A DNA stretch of 64,000 nucleotides from Candidatus Moranbacteria bacterium GW2011_GWC2_40_12 (lineage in GTDB: Bacteria; Patescibacteriota; Minisyncoccia; Moranbacterales; UBA11712). The translations under genes and the position numbers were made by a program. Shown here one piece after another: positions 58,557-64,000 of this stretch; the first letter of the stretch is position 1; every line of letters starts with the position of its first letter. The stretch lies in the NCBI GenBank assembly GCA_000995965.1, contig LBYD01000002.1, positions 270,563 to 334,562 of the forward strand. Direction: 5' to 3'. The notes under the pieces were generated by a model, which worked only from the letters and a program-made list of their open reading frames with translations, was not told where the DNA came from and made no database searches.

Positions 58557-60035
58557 TCATTTCGTGATTCTTTCCGCGAAGCCAATGAAGTGTTCTCCGA
58601 AGATTGCATGGACGACAGCTTCAGAAAAAAGGCCGGGCTTGAACAGAGCTGTTTTCACAAGAAGTTTCCAATATAGCCAGCGCTGTTTCGACAAAAAGCC
58701 GATTTTCCAGAGGCTTCCGAGAAAAGCTTTGATATCTCTCCCGGATATTTTTCCCTTGACCGTTCGATGATAGACTTGAAACTCTGTGTAAATTCTCCCG
58801 TAGTAATTTTTCGGAGAATAAAGTTCCTCGATCAAGAGCTTGTATCCTTTCAAAAGATTCTCCTTACCCATTTTTGGGACGATATTAGTGTCGTTGAAAG
58901 TGTTGTCCCATTTTTTATACCCGTTATCAATGCGGCCCTCTCCGTCAAGTCTCATATAGAGATCGGTTTCCGGCAAGGCAATCAAGGGACCAACCATCGC
59001 GACGACGATACCTGTCAATTCGATAAAATCAGCCATGGCTTTGAAGGCAGCAAGAGTGTCGCTATCAAAGCCGACAATGAATCCAGCCATCACTTTCATG
59101 CCGTGCCGCTGGATGATTTCAACTGAATCGGCGAGGTTTCGTTTGAGGTTTTGATATTTCCCGCAATCTTGCAAGGCTTTCAGGTTTGGGGTTTCAATGC
59201 CGACGAAGACCTGGTGAAAATTCGATTCACTCATGAGCCGCATGAGCTCCTCGTCTTCGGCGATGTTTATGCTGACTTGGGAAAAAAACTTGAAGGGATG
59301 GCCATGCTGTTTTTGCCACGCGATGAGAACGCGCAGAAATTTTTTGGCTGCCATTTTATTGCCGATAAAGTTGTCATCGACAATAAATACAGAGCCGCGC
59401 CAGCCTAATTCATATATTGCTTGCAATTCGGCCATCATTTGAGTTGGCGTTTTTGTCCGCACTTTCTCCCCAAAGATTTTTCTGATGTCACAAAACTCGC
59501 ATTTGAATGGGCACCCGCGTGAAAATTGGATAGACATAGTCGCGTATTTATCCATTTTTATCAGGTGCCACGCTGGGAGAGGCGTTTCGCAAAGATCGGG
59601 AAATTTTTGGCAGGTGTAGCTCGGCAACGCGTTTCCCGCTTCAAGATCCGACAGCAGGGAGGGCAAGACATTTTCCGCCTCGCCCCGGAGGACATGATCG
59701 ACGCCCGGAAATTTTTCCCGAGCCGTGGTGAAAGCGGGGCCGCCTCCCACTACAGTTTTTCCAAAATCCTTGCACCGCTTTATTACCTCGTTGGCGCTTT
59801 GGAGCTGAATGAGCATCGCGCTGACAAAAACAACATCTGCCCATTTTATATGTTCTTCAGTGAGAGGCTCGATATTGATGTCAACAAGCTCTATTTCCCA
59901 TTCTTTTGGGAGCATGGAAGCAATTGTGGGAAGTCCAAGGGGAGGAAAAGCGGCTTCCTTGCCGACAAATGGCAGGGCCCCTTCATATTCCCAGAAAGAC
60001 GGCGGACACTTTGGATAAACAAGCAACGCTTTCAT
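58557..60035 (-). CDS. B12-binding radical SAM protein (DUF4070-type)
   Basis: PPLGL, VFVSAM..Q, RGCPFKCEFC, DDNFIGN, GIET, GFIVGFDSD. Confidence 0.9.
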   Translation of the reverse strand: MKALLVYPKCPPSFWEYEGALPFVGKEAAFPPLGLPTIASMLPKEWEIELVDINIEPLTEEHIKWADVVFVSAMLIQLQSANEVIKRCKDFGKTVVGGGPAFTTAREKFPGVDHVLRGEAENVLPSLLSDLEAGNALPSYTCQKFPDLCETPLPAWHLIKMDKYATMSIQFSRGCPFKCEFCDIRKIFGEKVRTKTPTQMMAELQAIYELGWRGSVFIVDDNFIGNKMAAKKFLRVLIAWQKQHGHPFKFFSQVSINIAEDEELMRLMSESNFHQVFVGIETPNLKALQDCGKYQNLKRNLADSVEIIQRHGMKVMAGFIVGFDSDTLAAFKAMADFIELTGIVVAMVGPLIALPETDLYMRLDGEGRIDNGYKKWDNTFNDTNIVPKMGKENLLKGYKLLIEELYSPKNYYGRIYTEFQVYHRTVKGKISGRDIKAFLGSLWKIGFLSKQRWLYWKLLVKTALFKPGLFSEAVVHAIFGEHFIGFAERITK

Positions 60036-60152
60036 AGCGCTTTCTCCTTTTTTGAAGTGGGGTTTGCTATTTTAACGGATTTTTCCGATTGATATTTTAA
60101 CGAGCCAAAGCTATATATAATATCAGTTCGTTGAACTGGTGCTTTCGAAATG

Positions 60153-60224
60153 GGCGACCAGAGGGAATCGAACCCTCGTTCTTGGGACCACAACCCAATG
60201 TCCTGCCATTGAACGATGGCCGCC
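60153..60224 (-). tRNA. tRNA-His(GTG)
   Basis: G-1, TTGGG-TT-GTG-GT-CCCAA, discriminator C. Confidence 0.94.
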
Positions 60225-60234
60225 ATGTTTTTTG

Positions 60235-60307
60235 TGCGCGCACCAGGGCTCGAACCTGGGACCGTTTGCTTAAGAGGCAACTGCTCTACCAGCTGAGCTA
60301 TGCGCGC
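60235..60307 (-). tRNA. tRNA-Lys(CTT)
   Basis: GCGCGCA/TGCGCGC acceptor, TTGC-CT-CTT-AA-GCAA. Confidence 0.95.
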
Positions 60308-60423
60308 AGATAAATATTGCCCAGTGTACTGAATAATTAGGTGTAAGGCAACAAAGACTTGTCTCCCGGGGAGGCCCGTCTCCAATGAATTTTCGGCGGG
60401 TAAAAATCTCACCTCCAGTTTTG

Positions 60424-60495
60424 TGTCCCCGCGAGGAATCGAACCTCGATCTAGAGCTTAGAAGGCTCCCGTTCTATCCGTTGAACTACAGGGAC
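60424..60495 (-). tRNA. tRNA-Arg(TCT)
   Basis: GTCCCTG/CGGGGAC acceptor, GAGC-CT-TCT-AA-GCTC. Confidence 0.94.
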
Positions 60496-60559
60496 AAGCA
60501 TACGAACAAATTATCACATTCAGTGAGTATATCTAATTTAGATGTTGAAGTCAATTATC

Positions 60560-61861
60560 TCACAATCCATTGGCTTTTTTGTATTCTTTCCATTCTTTGC
60601 TTGACCAATCAGACGGTTTTTCAGTTATCTTTTCTTCTCCGGGATGGGGATATTTGGATGGCGAGTCGTAGCTCGATTTGAATTCCGATTTTCGGATGAG
60701 ATTTCCGTCCGCGCCATAGACTTCCTGATAGAGAACCGTTTTCATGGCGCCGCCTGCGCCGCGCGAAGTGATCGTCGGTCCTACAAGCTTTGTCTCACGC
60801 CCGTCTTTGGTTCCATAAAAATCAAATGTGAGCTGAGTCCCTTCGATATGGGTTTGGATGAGGATATATCCCGGCGTATCGTTTACGAAGCGAAGATCGG
60901 GATTGGGAATATATACCGTCGCGTCGGTTCCCTGCGGGGCGTAGTATTGCACCGGGTAGGCGTGGTTGGTGCGGGCGGTGATTTTGAGGCCGGCGTTGAG
61001 CGCCGCCCGAAAGCAAGTCGTTGAAACCTGGCACATTCCTCCGCCGTATTCGGGAATGGTTTTGTCCACCTTGATGACGAGTTCTGGAAGATATCCGGTT
61101 GACTTGTCGACAGGGCCGAGCGTTTTGATGAAAGAGAACTCCTCACCGGGTTTTATCAGCACGCCGTTGAATCGCTTCGCGCCGACTCCAATATTATGGA
61201 TCCGGTTCTTGGGCGAGCCGCGAAAATTGGAAATTCCTGTTGCGATGAGTTCCTTGATGCCGTATTGAGCGACGTCGGAACTTGAAACCTCTGGTTTCAT
61301 GATATTCGTTTCAATTTCGATATCTTTCGCGTAGGGATTTTTTTCGAGTTCCGAGCGGATTTTTTCGAGGCTCTTTTCAGGGTTGATTTCAAATCCGTTC
61401 TTGCTTACGGCAAAGGCGGAAACTTTTCCCTCCGAAAAAGTGAGTTTCGCGTTTTCGGGATTCACGCGAGTCTCATTTTGGGCGTTTTCGAGATATTTCT
61501 TGAGGCTAACCTCGTCAACGGAAAGCCTGGTTGATATTTTGGTGTGATAGCGGTCCCGGATCTGGGTCAGAAAGCGGAAATATATCGTGAGGCTCGGATG
61601 GCTGGACGGAGAAAAATTTATATTCTCGGCTTCGGAGTCGTAGCCCGAATTGATTTTGAGCGACGGGCGGATCCTTATCCAGCCAAGAAGACTGTTTTTT
61701 TCGACGGCGATCTTTTGTCCGCTGAAATGAAAGAAGAGCGGAGAGCCGATCACTTCCTGGACTTTGTCCACTGAAAAATCGCCGAGACTCAACTCTTCGG
61801 CCTGGGTAATCAGCGGAAAACTCAAAAATAAAATTGTAGCAAAAATAATTTTCTGCCTCAT
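60560..61861 (-). CDS. VanW family protein
   Basis: Signal peptide; R.HNI, PGEEFSF, GGGMCQVSTT, H...V.YY...G.DAT, DLRF.N. Confidence 0.92.
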   Translation of the reverse strand: MRQKIIFATILFLSFPLITQAEELSLGDFSVDKVQEVIGSPLFFHFSGQKIAVEKNSLLGWIRIRPSLKINSGYDSEAENINFSPSSHPSLTIYFRFLTQIRDRYHTKISTRLSVDEVSLKKYLENAQNETRVNPENAKLTFSEGKVSAFAVSKNGFEINPEKSLEKIRSELEKNPYAKDIEIETNIMKPEVSSSDVAQYGIKELIATGISNFRGSPKNRIHNIGVGAKRFNGVLIKPGEEFSFIKTLGPVDKSTGYLPELVIKVDKTIPEYGGGMCQVSTTCFRAALNAGLKITARTNHAYPVQYYAPQGTDATVYIPNPDLRFVNDTPGYILIQTHIEGTQLTFDFYGTKDGRETKLVGPTITSRGAGGAMKTVLYQEVYGADGNLIRKSEFKSSYDSPSKYPHPGEEKITEKPSDWSSKEWKEYKKANGL

Positions 61862-61930
61862 TGTATTTAGAATACTTGAAAATGCATTATTATACAATAT
61901 TACAATATTTATTTTCGGAAATAAATACAA

Positions 61931-61966
61931 TTTAGCATTTTCCCACGGCCGTATAATTTTGCTAAT
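61931..61966. repeat. Distal copy of the ACGGCCGT element
   Basis: Reverse complement matches 17502-17532 at 26/31, including an exact 16-mer. Confidence 0.7.
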
Positions 61967-61982
61967 TTTGTGCGTTCTCAAT

Positions 61983-62031
61983 AAAAAACAGGCCGGTCCG
62001 CGACGGAAACGTGTCCGTCGGGATCAGCCTG
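61983..62031 (-). terminator. GC-rich hairpin with U tract
   Basis: CAGGCTGATCCCGACGGA...TCCGTCGCGGACCGGCCTG then TTTTTT on the minus strand. Confidence 0.55.
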
Positions 62032-62099
62032 GGTATAATCCCTTCTAACATTTAATGTTAGGATAATATTATATCAATATTTTCGATATTCTTGCATAA

Positions 62100-62131
62100 G
62101 AAAACCCTGTCCCGAGGGAGGGGGACAGGGT
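62100..62131 (-). terminator. purC terminator
   Basis: ACCCTGTCCC...GGGACAGGGT followed by TTT on the minus strand. Confidence 0.7.
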
Positions 62132-62161
62132 GCTGAGGTTACTGTTTCAGTAAAGGTGCCG

Positions 62162-63328
62162 TTAGATTTGATGCTGATGCATTGCCAAACAGCAGCGCAG
62201 ATTACGGCGGCCGGTTTCCAGGACGTTGGCATTCGTCATGGTAACTGTCTTATCGGCGGCAATGTGATAATCGCCCTGGCCGGTCTCCTTTGACCGGAGC
62301 CGAAAGTTCTCTTTGCAGTCATATTCACGCATGCAAGCCAAGGCCAGCTCTTCCATGCCGCGGGCGCGGTATTTGTCTCCCAGCTCCGTCCAGAACGTCG
62401 GGCGCCAGCGGCTACTGTCCGTGGTGCCTTTTTCGTCGCCGAGGCGGACCACGCCTTTTTCCCGGTTGTAGCGGGCAAAGTCCATGAATGCCCGAGGGTT
62501 GAATTCCGGCCATTCCTGCCATTCGTTTCTCCGGCGGCCGATACTGGTCAGAGCCTTACCGAAAAAATAGTCTATGAATTCGTTGAAGTCATGAGGCACA
62601 TAGCCGACCGGGTTAATGGGCAGGCCTTCCGGAAACTGGAAAAATTCAAATTTGTCGTCCGGATGCTGGTAACCGCACCATTTGCCATGCCGGGCGATCT
62701 CGAGGTGCAGTTTCATGGAGATGCCGTAAATATAGTTGGCGACATCGGCGTCGCCGACCGTTTCCGCAAATTCCTTGAGCGTCAAGTTCTGATCCTTATG
62801 GCCTTTCGACGCCTTGGAAGTCGGAGTCAGCATGAGGCGGGGCAACTCGTCGCCGAGCCTCAGACCTTTGGGAATTTCCTGGCCGCAGATTTCGGTTTTT
62901 CCCACGCCAGATCCCTCTAGAGTGTCTCGGACAATGCATTCGACTTTGAATGGGCTTTCCGCCTGAAGATGCAGGGTGCTCCTCAAGAGAATTTCCGGCG
63001 GCAGGAGCCGCGTCAATTCTTTGTGCTCTCCTTCGAGGTCCAATGTAACCTGGTCAATGGGCACAAAGCCACCGACAATTTGGGTGAACAGCTTGTCCAG
63101 GGCCCGGATGATCATGCCTTTTCCCGGATAATGGGCCGGGACATTACCTTCCAAAAGATGCTTTTGGTCAAAGGCGCCGATGAGGTCCCGGACGACCATC
63201 AGTAAGAGGCTATAGAACTCAAAGATGGCTCTGACTTTACCGTCATAATACTTTTTGAGCCCCGGAATCTGGACATCGATCACCGGCGCGGCTGTCAAAG
63301 GGTTCATTCCACCAAAAAGTTTTAACAT
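62162..63328 (-). CDS. purC: SAICAR synthetase, divergent
   Basis: GKVR, D.I.AFD, PGKG, ECIVR...GS, TPTSKA..GH.D.N, D.KFEF, DE..T.DSSR.W, KE..R. Confidence 0.85.
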   Translation of the reverse strand: MLKLFGGMNPLTAAPVIDVQIPGLKKYYDGKVRAIFEFYSLLLMVVRDLIGAFDQKHLLEGNVPAHYPGKGMIIRALDKLFTQIVGGFVPIDQVTLDLEGEHKELTRLLPPEILLRSTLHLQAESPFKVECIVRDTLEGSGVGKTEICGQEIPKGLRLGDELPRLMLTPTSKASKGHKDQNLTLKEFAETVGDADVANYIYGISMKLHLEIARHGKWCGYQHPDDKFEFFQFPEGLPINPVGYVPHDFNEFIDYFFGKALTSIGRRRNEWQEWPEFNPRAFMDFARYNREKGVVRLGDEKGTTDSSRWRPTFWTELGDKYRARGMEELALACMREYDCKENFRLRSKETGQGDYHIAADKTVTMTNANVLETGRRNLRCCLAMHQHQI

Positions 63329-63384
63329 ACTCGTCTTCTCCTCTCCGTTATTAATTATTCCCCGGCTTTTGAGGGGGTTAGGGA

Positions 63385-63906
63385 TTATGCAGGCCAGCCG
63401 TGCTCGTCGGCTAATTTTAGAGCAGCTTTCTCCACGTCCTGGACCATGCCGATACGCTTGTTTTTCAGTTTCAGCTCAAAAAGCTTTTCCTTAATGGCTA
63501 AAATCTGGATGGCAGCAATAGCGGCATTTTTTGCTCCGTTAATGGCCATAGTCATAACGGGTACGCCGGGCGGCATCTGGACAGATGCCAGAAGAGCGTC
63601 CAGGCCTCCAAGCGTCGAGGAAGACGAAGCAAGCGGAACGGCGATGACTGGTAGCGTTGTATGGCTGGCGACAATGCCGGCCAAATGGGCGGCCATGCCA
63701 GCGGCGCAGATAAACACCTTGCAGCCGCGCTTTTCCCATTCTTTTACTGTATCTTCGACTCTCTTTGGTGTGCGATGGCCGGATGCAACAGTGCTGGCAA
63801 AGAGAACTTCATACTCTTCCAGCGTAGCCTTTGCCGGTTCAACCAGAGGTCGGTCGGAAATGCTGCCCATGATAATACCGGCCAAAATAGGATATTTTGG
63901 TGCCAT
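63385..63906 (-). CDS. purE: N5-CAIR mutase
   Basis: IIMGS.SD, ASGHRTP, AGMAAHLAG, LPVIAVP, GLDALLA.VQMPPGVPV, NAA. Confidence 0.96.
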   Translation of the reverse strand: MAPKYPILAGIIMGSISDRPLVEPAKATLEEYEVLFASTVASGHRTPKRVEDTVKEWEKRGCKVFICAAGMAAHLAGIVASHTTLPVIAVPLASSSSTLGGLDALLASVQMPPGVPVMTMAINGAKNAAIAAIQILAIKEKLFELKLKNKRIGMVQDVEKAALKLADEHGWPA

Positions 63907-64000
63907 AACATCCTCCATTTTCAGCCCGTTTGCACAGGCCGGGTTCAGGTTATTCCGCATCATGCGGCAATTTTGAAATGTAGAGTAATTTATCCGCTGC

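Noticed and set aside
60358-60385. GC-rich patch between tRNA-Lys and tRNA-Arg as another repeat family
   Set aside because: Single degenerate copy with weak pairing; not supportable from this window
60032-60412. 126-aa ORF upstream of the radical SAM gene
   Set aside because: It overlaps tRNA-His and tRNA-Lys
60560-61861. Vancomycin resistance locus
   Set aside because: VanW-domain proteins are widespread and no vanHAX or vanRS cluster is present

Overview
Bacterial chromosome segment in genetic code 11. It most likely comes from a CPR/Patescibacteria (Parcubacteria, Moranbacteria-like) organism; this is inferred from compact rpoB/rpoC, core genes without Shine-Dalgarno sites, tRNAs without encoded CCA, a PaaX/Cas2-like solo gene and a type IV pilus locus. 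Core genes: rpoB, rpoC, ftsK, rodZ-like, recA, rpsF-ssb-rpsR-efp, ychF, a mannose/glucose-phosphate cluster, trpS, secG, rnj, uvrA, groEL with CIRCE, a pilB/pilC/prepilin/pilMNO operon bracketed by two two-component pairs, seven tRNAs, VanW and purE-purC. Accessory patches lie at about 0.1-3.2 kb, 6.6-8.8 kb, 16.3-19.7 kb and 58.5-60 kb. The most striking unexplained signal is several families of short palindromic elements. An ACGGCCGT-centred palindrome brackets a PaaX/Cas2-fold gene and recurs 44 kb away. A GCT-ATGCGAAGCAT element sits in front of a GIY-YIG nuclease and recurs as an in-frame insertion in trpS. A 23-bp palindrome is read in frame inside ychF and recurs after rnj. Integration scars are seen at ychF and at tRNA 5' ends, and a switch-like RNA leader precedes rpsF. 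All calls are by eye; no database searches were run.
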